From Schizosaccharomyces osmophilus (lineage: Eukaryota), in the NCBI RefSeq assembly GCF_027921745.1, contig NC_079239.1, forward strand, positions 1,116,001 to 1,180,000: a stretch of 64,000 nt of DNA, written 5' to 3'. Each line of letters opens with the position of its first letter. Within the stretch, counting starts at the first letter, position 1. The position numbers and the translations under genes are program-made. This document shows positions 26,676-40,740 of the stretch, piece by piece. The notes under the pieces were generated by a model. It was not told the DNA's origin. It worked only from the letters and a program-made list of their open reading frames with translations, and ran no database searches.

Positions 26676-28166
26676 TCAATTAAGAGAAGCAGCCTCCAAA
26701 TTCCTTTTAACTTTGTTCATAAACGAAACGGCCCGTTGGCTATCAACGCGAGCATTGGATGATATTTTCAAGACGACCTCTTCATTTTTCGAATGAGATG
26801 GATTATATATATTTTGTTCCTGAACAGGTCCCAATAGATAGTCGTAGACACCATCAAGCGTTGTCTTTCCTTCCAATAATGGATTTGGACGGACGAACGA
26901 TAATGTCAAGCTGTCAGATAATTGAGCTGGTAAACTATTATTGTTAGCAGTTTGAAAAATCATTAATGCTTACATTATAGAAGATTTGCAAAGAAAATCA
27001 GCGACATTATCAATTGATCCTTCCCCAGTAATACACTGAGCATTTGGCAAATCACTTGTTTTTGAGGAAGGCAATCCTAATAAAGTTTCATAAGCGTTCT
27101 CTACGGGATCTTGGAATAAGTCTGGGATTTCGGATGAAGCCAAAGATTCAGAAATAGCTGACGATACAATGTTTCTAATCTTTTCTGGAAGTTCTTCTAA
27201 AATTGTTAAAAGTTTTGAAATAAACCATCTAATACTGACGTACCAGTATTTTCTTTTGTGACTTTAGTAATATTGATTAAACTGGCCAAAGATAGACTCG
27301 TCTCGACGATATCGAAACGAGGTTTTTCAGGAACAGCTTCTGGCTTTTGTTCTGTGACCATAGGTTTAGCTTCCATTTTGGATAAATCAAGCTTTTCAAG
27401 CTTCTGGATAGCTTTCTGTGTGGATTTTGGTGCATCCTTCTTAATTTCACCAACAAAAGCCAAAACATCGCCTTTAAGCAAACGACCACGAGGACCGGTG
27501 GCAGCAATAACCGATGGATCCTGGATTTTGTGTAGATGCAATAAGTGTGCAACGGAAGGAAGCAAAGGGGTGTTTTGGGAAGAGGAAGAAGAAGAAGAAG
27601 AACTAGGTTCCAATGATGGCTTCAAATTCGTGACTTTCTCGGGTGTGCTTGAAACCTCAGGAAGCTTGATTTTAGATAAATCATCTCCTTCCTCAGCAAG
27701 AATACCAATTTCTTTACCGACGGCAATTTTAGTACCAGGATTGATTAATATTTTTGCTAGAATGCCATCGTCTTGTGCCTCAACGTCCATCGTAGCCTTG
27801 TCTATTTGTAATAGTTAGTACTGGACATTGCCAATAAACTAAACATACCGGTTTCAACCTCTAAAATAGCATCGCCAGCCTTAAAAGTATCTCCTAATTT
27901 TTGTAAGATTTCATGCATTACAAGTGTCATTTCAATTTTCATACCCTCTTTTAAAATCCATTTTGCAATGCTTCCCTCTTCCATCGTAGGTGACAACGCA
28001 GGCATGCAAAAGTTATTTATAGCATTTGAGAAAGCTGTATTATGAAAAACTATTGTTGAGTCAGTATCACACTATTGTCTTACTCCTTCTTGAACATACA
28101 TTTTCCATGACTACACTGCCACAAGACCTGCCTTTTAGGCAATTGAAAAAAGCAATGTCTTAGCAT
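26676..28166 (-). CDS. pdx1: Pyruvate dehydrogenase complex protein X, multi-intron
   Basis: Lipoyl domain [11 protein letters not shown]...[22 protein letters not shown]3-binding domain [14 protein letters not shown]. Confidence 0.88.
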
Positions 28167-28442
28167 TATTGCTTTCCAAAATCAAATTTGATTCACGTAG
28201 CAAGTGACCCTTTTATCTTTTGTGAAGGCTGTGGCTTGCTAGTTGCAAGTTGAATTATTCAAAAGAACTTAGGTGGAGGCGGTCGTCAATTAAAGTTTCT
28301 TTGAAATGCGAATTAAAATAGCTATAAGTATATTTCATAAAATATATAAAAACCATGTAATAAATCCACTTTGAAAATTTTAATTGACTGATACTGTTTC
28401 TGTATATGTCCTCGTTATAAGGTTTTTTAAGAAAAAAATATT

Positions 28443-28516
28443 TGGACAAGCCAGAACTCGAATCTGGGACCTCTTCCATGCTAAGGAAGCGTGATAACCA
28501 TCTACACCACATGCCC
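28443..28516 (-). tRNA. tRNA-Ala(AGC)
   Basis: Cloverleaf GGGCATG...TGTCCA, anticodon loop TTAGCAT; same sequence as the copy at 43452. Confidence 0.95.
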
Positions 28517-29034
28517 GCTTTTAATTGGGTATTTAATTAAATATATAAACTGTATTGCTTTTAGCAGTTATACTTATAATATATGAAATATGAATGTAAA
28601 AGCATATGCGCAAGTATACAAATATATAAGCATATTTGTAATGTATACTATATAGATCGTTATATACTATTTTAAGGGTATGTTCTAATATATTCCTCAT
28701 TAATTGATTTAGTAGGTTTCAGTGCACAAGTTTGGCAATGGGGGATGTCGATTTTGTGATGGACGCGCCTATTGACAACATGGGAATTAACGAATAATCG
28801 AAGTTTTCCTATTCATCGTTGTACATAGAGGTAAGAGGATTCGAAATGAACACTGTAAAAGAGCTTGAATTAACAATAGGAGGTTCTGTATATTGTTATT
28901 ATAATAATATAGTTTGCATTCAATTTAAATTTCTACATAATAAGAAAAAGTTTCGGAAAGGCTATCGGTAAACTACAATATATTTTACAGCGACATTCTT
29001 AGACATTTAATGGTAAATTCTGTTATTTTTGGAG

Positions 29035-30317
29035 ATGTATCGGTGGTACAGACTTAGGAATCAGTTACATTGTGGATTCAACTACAAAAAAGTGATACCA
29101 CCATGTCGGAATATTACGTCCCTGGCGATTGAGACCTCCTGTGATGATACTTCGGTGGCCGTGTAAGCAACCATTTTATGAACTATGTGAAAACTTCGCT
29201 AACGGAAAAAGTGTCCAGAAATCTTCGAGTGAGTCTTTACCAAAAATTGTTTGCCTCAATACTCATCGAACACTTTCAAAAAATGAAAAATACGGGGGAA
29301 TACACCCATCAGTTGTCATTCAAGAACACCAAAAGAACTTGGCGAAAGTTGTTTACGAAACGATAAATCAGTCTCGATCACTAGGCGTCTCGAAATATGA
29401 CCTTATAGCTGTCACCCGTGGCCCTGGCATGATGGGACCTTTAGCTATCGGGTTAAATTTTGCCAAGGGTTTAGCTGTTGGCCTTGATAAACCCCTTTTG
29501 GCTGTACATCACATGGTAAGATATTAGCCAGGTGCTTCTCAATGAGACGCTAATTCATGATCATTAGCAAGCACATGCATTGACAGTGCAATTGGAGTCT
29601 CGAGTCTCATTCCCCTTTTTATCCATTTTAGTTTCTGGGGGCCATACTATTCTAATATTATCTAAGTCGGTAGTCGCTCATGAAATTTTGGCATCAACAA
29701 CCGACATAGCTATTGGTGATTATCTTGATAAATGCGCCAAGTATTTAGAAATTCCTTGGAATAATCAAATGCCAGCTGCAGCACTTGAAAAGTTTGCTGT
29801 TCCCACTTTAAACGATAAGAGTATCGACTGTAACCCACCGAATCCCATGAGTAGTGGAGATAAGGCACATAATCCTAATTTTTCCTTTTCTGGATTGGAA
29901 TCTTATGCTCGAAGGATCATCACGTCAAAGACATGGGCTACCTCAGAAAAGAAACTTCTGGCTTATAAGCTTCAGGAAGCTGCCTTTAAGCACATTTGCC
30001 AGAAGATGACAAAGGCTATTGAATCCCTTGATCTATCAAAAGTGCGTTTCTTAGTTTGTAGTGGAGGTGTTGCCAGAAACTCCCTTTTGAAGAAAATGCT
30101 GAAAGAGCAACTAATTTCACTTCATAAAAGAGAATTGGCTCCTGAAATGAAGCTTGTTTACCCTTCTTTGGAACTTTGTAGTGACAATGCCGCTATGATT
30201 GCTTACACGGGAATAAGAATGTTTGAAGAAGGATATAAATCCTCTCTTGAAGTGGAACCAATTAGAAAATGGCCTATAAATACAATAATGGACGTGGAAG
30301 GTTGGATGCATCAATAA
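29035..30317 (+). CDS. pgp1: Mitochondrial t6A tRNA threonylcarbamoyltransferase (Qri7/OSGEPL1), spliced
   Basis: LAIETSCDDTSVA, VTRGPG, VHHMQAH, LVSGGHT, SGGVARN, CSDNAAMIA motifs. Confidence 0.9.
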
Positions 30318-30449
30318 TTACAAATTATAATAAAACAAAACCTAAAAGAAAGGGTTAAATAGCGTCGTAAGATAAAAAATAAGACGAAATGCAATAAATA
30401 TCACTTTTATTAAATTATAACTTGCACCTTGACTCGTGAGTGAACGTAA

Positions 30450-32654
30450 TTATTGTATCGTGTTTCGTTTTGTGAGCATTCCTTTGACTAACTTCTCTAT
30501 AAAAAACCCGAGTATTGGCAGCAGCGAAGTGTTTGCAGCGATGTATTGAAATTGTTCAAGAGATATCTGAACCTCTTTTTGATTTTGTTTACGTTTATTA
30601 AAGCAAGAGCGCAAAAAATCACTTATCACTGTTAGTCTTTCATCATCCTCGTGGTTTCCTTCATAACAGCAAATAAGAATTAATGATTCTGATAGTTCAA
30701 CGATTTGGTCCGTTTGTAATTTTTTTTCTTCATTAAAATCGTATAACTGAAAACAGAATACTTCTGGAGCCTCTTTGGCTAGTACATTCATCGTTTCAAT
30801 GCCAATAATTAGTTTCTCAAACGTTAACGGAACGTTAAGATCTGAAGTCCTATTTAGCCAATTATATAACCTCTTAAATAATTTTCTTTCACTTTTTTGA
30901 TAATGAGCGGCCTTTTCTAAAAAAATCTGCCGTGGAATTGACTTTTTTATGAGTTTCTCAAAGCCATTATAATTTATTTTCTGCTCCATTATGCGGCTGT
31001 GACATAAATGGTCTTCACCGATGCCATCAATAAAAGCATCGTAAAGACTTTCCAAACTTATGTTTGATAATTTAGTATGCTGATACAGACCGCGAAGGTG
31101 CGAACGCTTAGTAAAGAGCTTTAAAGAAGTGAGAACCGTTTCTCTAAACTCCGTTCTTTTCGCTAATATATAACCATTGGTGATGAAATCAAAGTATTCA
31201 AAGGCAATGGCCTGGAGTTGTGAAAATGTAGATGAAATTGGTTTGTTAGTAGTACTTCCATTACATGTCGTCGTTGAAGATTCAGTGTTGATTTTAGCAA
31301 AGCAATCTTGGAAAACATTCACTACAGAAGCATCGTCAACGGCATTCAAAATCCCGTGAGCATTAATTTTAAATAGAGCGAGGGCTATTTGAAATAACAC
31401 GTTAGGTCCGTTTGTTATGAAATAATCGAGGATTTGCATAGCGTAATCTAGTCGGAAATCCTTGATAAAAAGTGAAAAAAACCAATTTATTGTAATAAGT
31501 CTCAAGTCCATCTTCATCTCAAATATTTTTTGATAAAGATGAGGAAGTGTCTGTTGTAGGGTGTACTCAAAAACAGTAAGATCAAGTAAAAGACCGTGAA
31601 TTAATTTGCCATAATACCCAGGGACGTAAAGTTCAGATATCTGAGAGAACAAGAAATAAGCCTGTTCTTCAGTACAATAGATCAATAAGGCTGCAACAAC
31701 GATATTTATTGCCTGGCAATAGCCCATATCAGTTTTTACTCCAGAATAAAATCTCAAGACTCTTCTCAAGGCATCTATACCTGTTTTCGATTGATAAGCT
31801 GGATAGGACGGTAAACTTCTTGACAAATCTCTTTCAATTTCATCTCCATACTCACAAGTTTCTGTTAGTACTCTATTAACATTATCGTTATAAAAGCTTT
31901 TTGATTTCCAACGCCAATACAAGCTTCCAGAGCATGTTTCCCATACGTCTGCTCTCAAATTATCTGGAATGCCATTCTGCAATAGCGTAAAGAAAAAAGG
32001 GGTTTGCACAAAGTTAAAATTGGCTCCGCTTTTTAGAAAATACTTTCTCCATCGATCGAGTTGTTCCTTTTCATGTATATCTGAATGAAACTTCGGGTTT
32101 ATTAATTTCGAGGGAAATCCAAAGAGTGCTCCCAATCCTGTCGAAAAATTAAGTCGATGATATAACGTTGCTTGATTTTCGTTATTACTTTTCTTGAGTA
32201 TTCCAGAATGAAGAAGCTTTTCTGATGCTAAAGTATGTAGGAATTCTTTAACATCGCCAGCCTCAGGTGAAGTCACTCGTAATTGTCGTAGTAATCGATC
32301 ACAAAAAAGTTCAGACTGTTGACGTGTACCCTTTATAGTAAGATGTATAATTTGGTTTTGAAGGGTTATTAAATCGAATACAAACACATCGGTGTCTGAT
32401 GCTGTCCGTTCTACTTGCCTGATAGTAGAGAGAGGAAACGTAAATCGAGTCTTTAAATCCAAACTATGAAAGCAAAGGAAAGAGGTACTAATGTAAATGC
32501 TTCCAAAAATTAGAAAATCATTATATTTAATTTCACAAGATGAGCCAACGATAATTTCTTCTTGCTTCGTCAAGCGAAAGAAAACAGCTGGTGGTAGTAG
32601 TCCTTCATAAGCTTCGTAGTTATTTTCTGGAAAAACATGCTTCAATAAATTCAT
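30450..32654 (-). CDS. gyp2: TBC-domain Rab GAP with GRAM domain (Gyp2/Mdr1-like)
   Basis: GRAM-like N-terminus, IERDLSRS and GYCQAINIV TBC motifs, EF-hand-like FQLYDFNEE. Confidence 0.85.
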   Translation of the reverse strand: MNLLKHVFPENNYEAYEGLLPPAVFFRLTKQEEIIVGSSCEIKYNDFLIFGSIYISTSFLCFHSLDLKTRFTFPLSTIRQVERTASDTDVFVFDLITLQNQIIHLTIKGTRQQSELFCDRLLRQLRVTSPEAGDVKEFLHTLASEKLLHSGILKKSNNENQATLYHRLNFSTGLGALFGFPSKLINPKFHSDIHEKEQLDRWRKYFLKSGANFNFVQTPFFFTLLQNGIPDNLRADVWETCSGSLYWRWKSKSFYNDNVNRVLTETCEYGDEIERDLSRSLPSYPAYQSKTGIDALRRVLRFYSGVKTDMGYCQAINIVVAALLIYCTEEQAYFLFSQISELYVPGYYGKLIHGLLLDLTVFEYTLQQTLPHLYQKIFEMKMDLRLITINWFFSLFIKDFRLDYAMQILDYFITNGPNVLFQIALALFKINAHGILNAVDDASVVNVFQDCFAKINTESSTTTCNGSTTNKPISSTFSQLQAIAFEYFDFITNGYILAKRTEFRETVLTSLKLFTKRSHLRGLYQHTKLSNISLESLYDAFIDGIGEDHLCHSRIMEQKINYNGFEKLIKKSIPRQIFLEKAAHYQKSERKLFKRLYNWLNRTSDLNVPLTFEKLIIGIETMNVLAKEAPEVFCFQLYDFNEEKKLQTDQIVELSESLILICCYEGNHEDDERLTVISDFLRSCFNKRKQNQKEVQISLEQFQYIAANTSLLPILGFFIEKLVKGMLTKRNTIQ

Positions 32655-32965
32655 TGATTAATCATTCTGAACCTTTTACCAATAAAAGGCTCCAGAAACT
32701 TTTCTCTCGATTTTACGGCTTAAGTTGTTGTCAAAAGCCAGTTTGAATGAGGTCTTGTCGTCGGGTAACAAAGTCCATCACATCTAGACTCAGTTTATTT
32801 ACATTGCTCTTTATTGCTATATTAAAATTTAATTACGAACTTATAGGTTAGTCCAATTATGTTTAGTAAACAATTGTTATTAAAACATTAGTTACATTAT
32901 TTATAGAAAAAGCATAATACTCAGTAACTCATAGCATATTATCAACAGAAGTCATTTGAGCCTGT

Positions 32966-34549
32966 TCATGGTAAAATGAAATCTTTTTGAACATTAATAA
33001 GAGTATTCTGTAAAGACTTTTGTTGGCAAAGTAAATCATTAAAAGCAATCGTATGCTGAAGAAATTGTTCCAGATGGCTTTCAGGAGGAGAACCGCTAAA
33101 TTCTAAGATTGTTAGTAAACAACAACTCAGTAGAAGATTAAATACTTACTTAGGAGTAATCCGTTAATGCGGCTGGCTATGTACTTCTGAAAGTCATTCT
33201 CTAAGAAGAAAGATAAGGGACTAGAAGATGGATCATAATACGCAAGAAGTCCCATACTTAACTTAATCATTTTCTTTAGATCTTGACTTTCAGCTTTTTC
33301 ATAATCATTAAAAAATTGTTGCGAATAATTCATGACTGGATCTAAAATCTTCATCTCTTCTTGCTCCGAAATAACACCAGAGAAAGAGGCTGAGTATGAG
33401 CGGACTTGTTGCATATTTCGTATTAATTGAAGAAATTGGAGAAACCGAAGAGAAAGAGATAGGTCCTGGCAATCCTGAATTGCTTGGGGATATTTTACAG
33501 TAATTTCTTGTACAGCAGAGGCCAAATCTCCATTGCACAATAACTGGTTAATCACTATAAAGGTTAGAAATAGTTTGGAAGGAAAGCACGTACTTTTTCT
33601 GACGTTTACGCCTGAATGTATCACCTTTTCGGGACAGAACTCTTGTGCCGTTTCTACATAGCCATGGTTTATGAGAAATGACGAGATAAGGTCTTTTAGT
33701 AAACTTTTCCGTTCATTCTGTTCATCAGCTGAGACAAACTTCAAAGATTTATTCAGTAATTTTTCTTTTTCTTCTTGAACGGCATGATCAATCTCATAAA
33801 GAAATGATGTTTGACCAAAGTTTGCCCTAATGTGCTCACCTTGGCTTTTCAGCCCTACCGTCGGGTACAAGGAATCGCTCACGTTTGTAAATGCTACCCC
33901 TAAATATGCTCCATTTTTTGTATAAAATATCGTTTTGTTAATAAGATTCAACCCACATCCCACGACATCGCCAGTTTGAAATTGTGGTCCATATCGTTCT
34001 CCGGTTTTCGATCCATGGTAGATTTCACCATTGTGTCCATGATAACCCCAGCTTTCTGAAGTGTTTCCTGGTAAACGCCCTGTTTGTGTATTCTTCTTAC
34101 AGAACCCGACACATATTCTACCTTCTTTACCACAAGACAATACTTGGACTTCATAGTAATAGACAGAACAGTTGTTTGGTACAGGAAAATCTGATCGGGT
34201 TAAAGCCGCATCATGTTCGCTTCCACTATCTGGGCCTTATAATGAATATTAGAAACTATTGTACCAAATATGCCGGTAACTTACCGAAAAAAGAAGCCTC
34301 CAGATTGCTTTGCATGACCTCTATAAAATCAGATTTTTCTCTCGTGCTCCATGTTTGAGGTAAAGGATTGGCATTCTTAGCTGTATAATCGACGCTTGGT
34401 GATTCGGTATCTTTCAAATATTGTTCCCATCGTAGCCATTGAGGCTCTTTGGTCAGCAATTTCTCACCGTAATTTGTTCCATGAATATACTCAGGTAATT
34501 CTCTATAGGAGGTCAGCGTTCTTTTTGAGTTTCCCAATGATTTTGTCAT
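32966..34549 (-). CDS. gid1: GID/CTLH complex SPRY-LisH-CTLH-CRA protein (RanBP9/10, Gid1-like), multi-intron
   Basis: SPRY motifs LPGNTSESWGYHGHNG, YGPQFQTGDVVGCG, ANFGQ; LisH LISSFLINHGYVETA. Confidence 0.8.
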
Positions 34550-35195
34550 GATGGTTGTTCCTAAGATGCATGCGTAAGTAAGGAATATGTAGATGACTGA
34601 AGGTTATAACACGATTGACAATACAGGTAGCAAAACGACCAAATTTTTTCCAAAAACAGCTGTTTGGTAGTTATATTAAGGATTTAAGTTAAGTGGTCGT
34701 TTTTATGTGTTCGGTTTTCTATTGATTTGCTCAGTGCTAATGTGGTTTTCACTAACGGCGGTAAGATGAGGTAGTACACTATGTAATAAAAAACTAGCCC
34801 TTCATACTATGCTATTACATTAATCTTCTTTAGTATATATTATAGCAATGCATTCTTTCAAAATATCACCGTCTAATAGCACTCACTCCTGAGTACAAGT
34901 GAACTACCTGATAACACTAGATCAAGATATCCTGTACTTCAACTAACAACTCGTACATACAGCAATTAGTTAGGACAACAGATATGAGCTATAGATATCG
35001 CTAAAGGCTTTTTATGATTTGAAACCATTACAAAGCAACGTATTTTAAAGAAAGGCTCAGTTTTACAATCAAAAGGAACCGAATTGTTTTGAAAAAAGCA
35101 TTTAAGTTTTGCATAATGAAACATTGGATTTCTCCATAAGACATGTAAAACTTGAAGCAGTGGATAAAACTCATTAATTCCTCGTTTATAAGAAA

Positions 35196-35937
35196 TTATA
35201 TTTCGTCAATTTCCTTGTAGCGTTGCATTAAAAGACGTTTGTATTCAACGGCATCTTTACTCCATAGCTCTGCGGCTCTAATGATAAATGGTTAGCACTC
35301 TTGTAATTAATAGAATAAACATACTGAGCATTCAGAGGCGAAGCGTTGTTAGGTTCTCCAAGAAGGCTTTGAAGGGATAATAGAATGGTTTGAACGTTGT
35401 AAACAGCCGACCACTTGTCTTTCAAAATATCCAAGCAAATATTTCCGCTCATATCAACATTAGGATGCCACATAGGAGAAGTAAAAACGATCGTCGGGGC
35501 TGAGTAAGGATAGTTGGCAGGAAAGGTCATGGATATTTTGAATTTTAATCCTTCATAGTACTGAGAATGAATTAGCAAGACATTAAAGGATAGTTTGGGT
35601 AAACTATTAACATACGGTGTCAACTGGACCTGTAATAGTGCCCGCCCAATGTAATAGGTTTGAATCAGAGTCAGGAAACGCACTAATCCCTGGGGTATTC
35701 GACATCTTCAATATTTAGTTAGATATATGGTCTAAATAAATCTTCTTTCATACCATTAAACTCATTAGTTCACTTCGTAGCCTGTATTCAGGAAGTTAAT
35801 AAAACTAAGATATCGAATTAAGAAAACAAAGCTTACCTTTTTGTAACGCTATGCCCATCAGTAGACATATTTGACGAGGAAGTATTTTTTGTATTTGAAG
35901 CCATATTAGGGCTCTGATTTTGCATTTCTGAATCCAT
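35196..35937 (-). CDS. ubc11: Ubiquitin-conjugating enzyme E2-C (UbcP4/Ubc11), multi-intron
   Basis: [25 protein letters not shown] active site and N-terminal extension GHSVTKRLRSELM. Confidence 0.92.
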
Positions 35938-36196
35938 ATTCCTTGTTGGATGGTTGACTTTAGTGGTTGTGCGCTAGTCTTGGTAAAGGTTAAATAACAA
36001 CAGTAAACAATATGCCGACTATATAGTAGACAACAAATAAAGTCGGTGACAAAGTTGAACTTAATATTCTTACTTAAAGAAAAGAAAACGATGTTAAATT
36101 ATTGATTTTGTTCCTCATAGGAAATAAAGAGACTCGTATAACCAGACCTATTGCTGTTAAAAAAGTAAAGTATCTAAGAAGTATTTTAAAGATACT

Positions 36197-37930
36197 ATGA
36201 CAAAGAGTATAGAAAACTTCCCATGCCATATTGGTAAAGAGATTGGAACTGGCGCTTTCGCATCGTATGTTTCGCTGGTTCGATAGTGGCTAATTGCTTT
36301 ATAGTGTTCGACTTTGCTATGATGAGAATGCAAAAATTTACGCCGTAAAGTTTATTAATAAAAAGTTTGCAACAAAATGTATGGGCTCCAGTGTCTGGGC
36401 ACGTAGGATTGCTAGTGAAGTCCAGCTGCATCGTCTATGCAATGGACATAAAAACATAATTCACTTCTATGACACAGCAGAGAACTTACATTGGCGTTGG
36501 GTTACTCTTGAATTTGCTCAGGGCGGAGATTTATTTGACAAAATTGGTAAGAATCATTGAAATGACTAAAGTAAAGTTTGTCCTAACGCAAATGCAGAGC
36601 CTGACGTTGGGGTTGATGAAGATGTCGCGCAGTTCTATTTTGCTCAATTAATGGAAGGAATATCTTTCATGCACTCAAAAGGTGTTGCTCACAGAGATTT
36701 AAAGCCTGAGAACATTTTGCTGGATTACAATGGCAATTTGAAATTATCAGACTTCGGTTTTGCATCTCTCTATGCTTATAAGGGTAAAAGTAGACTTTTA
36801 AATAGCCCAGTAGGAAGTCCCCCGTACGCTGCACCAGAGATTACAGGGCAATACGATGGTGCCAAGGTAGATATATGGTCTTGTGGAATAATACTCTTCG
36901 CTCTTTTGTCTGGAAATACCCCATGGGATGAGGCTATCAGCAATACGGGAGATTATTTAATCTATAGAAAGCAAGGTGAACGACCGTCTTCTTATCCATG
37001 GAATCGCTTGTCGCCAGGCGCATATTGTACGTTTTAAAATACTAGGTAACCTGCTAACGTGATAGCTGTTATCACTGGAATGCTACGTACTGATCCTTCT
37101 AAAAGGTTCCCAACAAAACGTATTTTACAGCATCCATGGCTTACTTCTAATATTTCATTCCGTACTGATAATGGAAACTGTTCTGACCCTGTTGCTCTCG
37201 CTTCGAGGCTAATGTTGAAGTTGCATATTGATTTGGATAAGCCTCGTTCATCACTTACAGATAGTGCTTCGTACGTTGTAGTATTTTGTATATTGTTGCT
37301 AACTTCTGACAGATATGGAACTATTTCCATGACACAACCAACAACAAAAGTGTCAGATTCTGACATTCATGACCATACAGCTATATATGGTCATCTTTCC
37401 CAACCAGTTCAGGTGAATGAAGAGGTTGATGCTTCGGAACTGATGGAAAAGGATCCTTCGTTGAGTCAGTTCTGCAACACGAACGGTTTTATCGAACGAC
37501 TCGTAAGTTGAATTATAGTAATGTTATCTAACTGAGATAGGCCGGAAAAGCTACCAACTTTTACGAAATTTGTCCTCCGGAACGGTTAACAAGGTTTTAC
37601 TCAAAGGCTTCTAAGCAGTATATAATTGATCGGCTTTATGACGCTTTACGTTTGTTAGCGGTTTCTTTAACAACTAAGCATACAATCGGACAGAGTATGC
37701 TTTATGTTAAGCTGCATGATAAGAGAAAATGTCTGTTACAGGGTGAAATAGCATTGAAGACGCTAGGTCATAATTTGGAATTAGTGAATTTCATAAAAAG
37801 CAGTGGAGATCCACTAGAATGGAGAACATTTTTTAAGGTAAAAGAATTTTTGATTTACTTGGCTAACTTAAAACAGAATGTTGTAAGTTCACTTGGAAAA
37901 CCTATTGTTCTGACTGACATTACTTCTTGA
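36197..37930 (+). CDS. chk1: Checkpoint kinase Chk1, multi-intron
   Basis: IGTGAFAS, AVKF, GGDLFDKIEPDVG, HRDLKPEN, DFG, GSPPYAAPE; C-terminal GDPLEWRTFFK. Confidence 0.93.
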
Positions 37931-40363
37931 AAACTATTTTAAATTTGACGGTCGTGTTATGCATATATGTTTCCCCAATTCATACTGAAAAAAATAATAG
38001 CTCTGACTTGCTTCAAAAAATAAGTAAACAATCTAACATGGAGCATACTCAATATTAATTCATGCAAAAGAAACATTTGCAGCTTTTTACCTTCTGAGAT
38101 TCAAACCCTAAGAAAAAAAATATAGTGAACTGTCCCCGGAGTCTTACTACTTTGTTTTGGTACTTAAATTTCAATTTAGCACAAGTTAATTGAATTGGTA
38201 TAGAATTATGATACACACTAGAAATTATTTTCGAAGCTAATTAATCAATGAATCGTTAAATAGAATTAAGACATTTTATGTTATTCCTGCGCACTGCGAA
38301 CAGCTGCAATGTATTATTACTATATATATTCAAAATAAAATGATACATGTTATTATACTGTGATTGTAAGTTTAACAGCACGATATATTCTACACCTTAA
38401 TATAATTAATATTGCTATGTTTACGCACTAAAGCACAAAATATTATTTGGCTAATTATTGCAAGAAAAGATTGTTTTTCCTTGTATTTGACTACTCGTTT
38501 AGCTTCTTTAATATGCCTGCTAAATATGGTATATATTTTTTCCCGTCTATCCCAAATACAAGAAAAAAGCATTTGAAATGGGCGAAACCTCAGATCCTTG
38601 TTGTATCACGGCAGTAATAGATTAGTAAGCCAAATAAAAGTAATTTGAATAGGATTGACTTCTACATTCGTAAGTTTTAATTAATCAATCCCACAAAACA
38701 CATCACATGAGATTATATGAGCTTTCTTGTACATAATTATTCTGTGTCGATGTTACTCAATTGCGGATTCTTATTGTTCAAGGGACTAAGATAAATACAT
38801 TTGAAACATTCAAAAAAGGTTTATGATATGTGGATTGTCTATTGGTTACTAACAAGTCTGGCTAATTATGGATGACTTATGAACGCGTCAATAGAGAGAC
38901 GCTTTATTACCTAACACCGTATTGCTAAATCCTTCATCACAGCATTTAAGCAGACGAGTAGTTATACTTATATCAAAGCAATTTTGATTACTACTAGCAT
39001 AATATTTCAGTAACAATGATTACAAATGTTCTCTTTCGTAACGTGTTTTAAGGGGTAACCCATCTCAAAACTACATAATACAAGAAGTCGAATTTAAAAC
39101 AAGTCTTTTACGACCAGCAAAAACGGAAATGCCATATTACTTTCAAGAAAAAAAAAAGGATAATGATGGCCGTGACTTTATAACTGTGCAAAGGTTTTGG
39201 TTTAACAAAAATTTATGTTCGCGATTGTATTGCGTAGATGCTTAAACAGCAAGGAAACTGCTCCCATTATAGGTGTATGGTTATTGACTAAGCTGTTTAA
39301 CTGTTTCATTGATTGGTGGAATGCAAAGAAGCCATTGGTTATTCATTTCATTTGAGAAAAGAAGTAATTAAACAGTTCCTTATGAGAAGCAGGAAACATG
39401 AGAAAAACGACCTATTTTTTAATACAATCATTTGTTACAGCATTTTTCTTGAATTACTTGTCTTTTGCTCATAAAAACCTGACGTTCAACCGCTGTTAAC
39501 ATAGATTACGCCTAGTAAATTATTTTTTAAGGGCAAGTAATATATATCGCTATTTTACTTATACGTTAACGCTTAAGATCGGGGTATTACCCATAGATCA
39601 AACCATACAATACCCAGGCCACCTCCAAACCTTATTCTTTCATTCCGAACGTCTTTCTTAGTACTGTCTGTTTATGGTCTAAATACCAACTAGCCCTTAG
39701 AATTAATTTTCTAAATATTAATAAATTAATAAAAAGAAATGGAATGTATTTAAAGAGTTCTTTAGTTTTGTATGATAATTTTGAGATTCTTCAGTCCAAT
39801 GGTTGTTGACGATGGATAGCATGTATGACTCCACTTACTCAATAACGCATATATTTAAGGAATCTGTTCACTGCGGTTTTGTATGTATGAAGTAAACCTA
39901 ACAATTCAAATAAGGCTCAATCAAACGGTAAATAGCTTAAGTACACTACATTTTTATCGTCTTTTACAATATTCAAATGTTACTTTTATTGCCCTTAAGT
40001 TTAAGTCTTTTAGCAGCCAACGGTATCAAAACATGACATTGCTACAAATACAAAAATATTCTGGAAACCATAGTAACAGGGTTTTTTTTTAAAAAAAAAA
40101 AAAAAAAAAAGAATAAATTTTATTGAAGAAATCTTCCGGACAATTACTATCAAGTGAGCGATTACTTTGTTCGTAAGAATTAGAAAATCAGTCTTATGAT
40201 GTGACAGATACAAAATGAAATCGTGATGAGTGAAAGTTCTCGTTTTTATAATACGTATATTTGTATAGCCAATACATGTATACTACAGTACGAAGAGACC
40301 GGGCTTGATACTCTAATCAAAAAATAATATCTATATACTTTTAGTCACAGTTTGATTAATCAA

Positions 40364-40435
40364 TCCGTTGTGGTCCAACGGCTAGGATTCGTCGCTTTCA
40401 CCGACGCGGCCGGGGTTCGACTCCCCGCAACGGAA
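40364..40435 (+). tRNA. tRNA-Glu(TTC)
   Basis: TCCGTTG acceptor stem, anticodon loop CTTTCAC, GTTCGAC T-loop, downstream T-run. Confidence 0.95.
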
Positions 40436-40661
40436 AATTTTTCTTTTTTCCCTTTCTCAAATACGGTGTTATGATTTTTCTTCAAATATAGCATTAACCA
40501 CTGCATCATACAAGCAGAAATTTGTGCAAAGCAGTAGTACGTGCCGAAGTAAGAATACGATGAACGGAATCATGTGCCATGCCAATTACAGATTGGAGGG
40601 GTCTATAGAACGAATGTATCTTGATTATAGATTATTGTACAAAAATAAGCCATCAACGAAC

Positions 40662-40740
40662 GGAAGGGTGTCCGAGTGGTTATGGAGCTAGTTTAAGGCA
40701 CTAGTGCGAAAGCTCGTGGGTTCGAGTCCCACCCCTTTCA
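40662..40740 (+). tRNA. tRNA-Leu(AAG)
   Basis: Anticodon arm CTAGT-TTAAGGC-ACTAG, variable arm, GTTCGAG T-loop. Confidence 0.93.

Noticed and set aside
28255..28512. ORF MWCRWLSRFLSMEE..., repeated at 43438, and similar ORFs at 42368, 42618, 46807, 47970 and 48940
   Set aside because: These overlap tRNA genes; the apparent protein duplication is just two identical tRNA-Ala copies.
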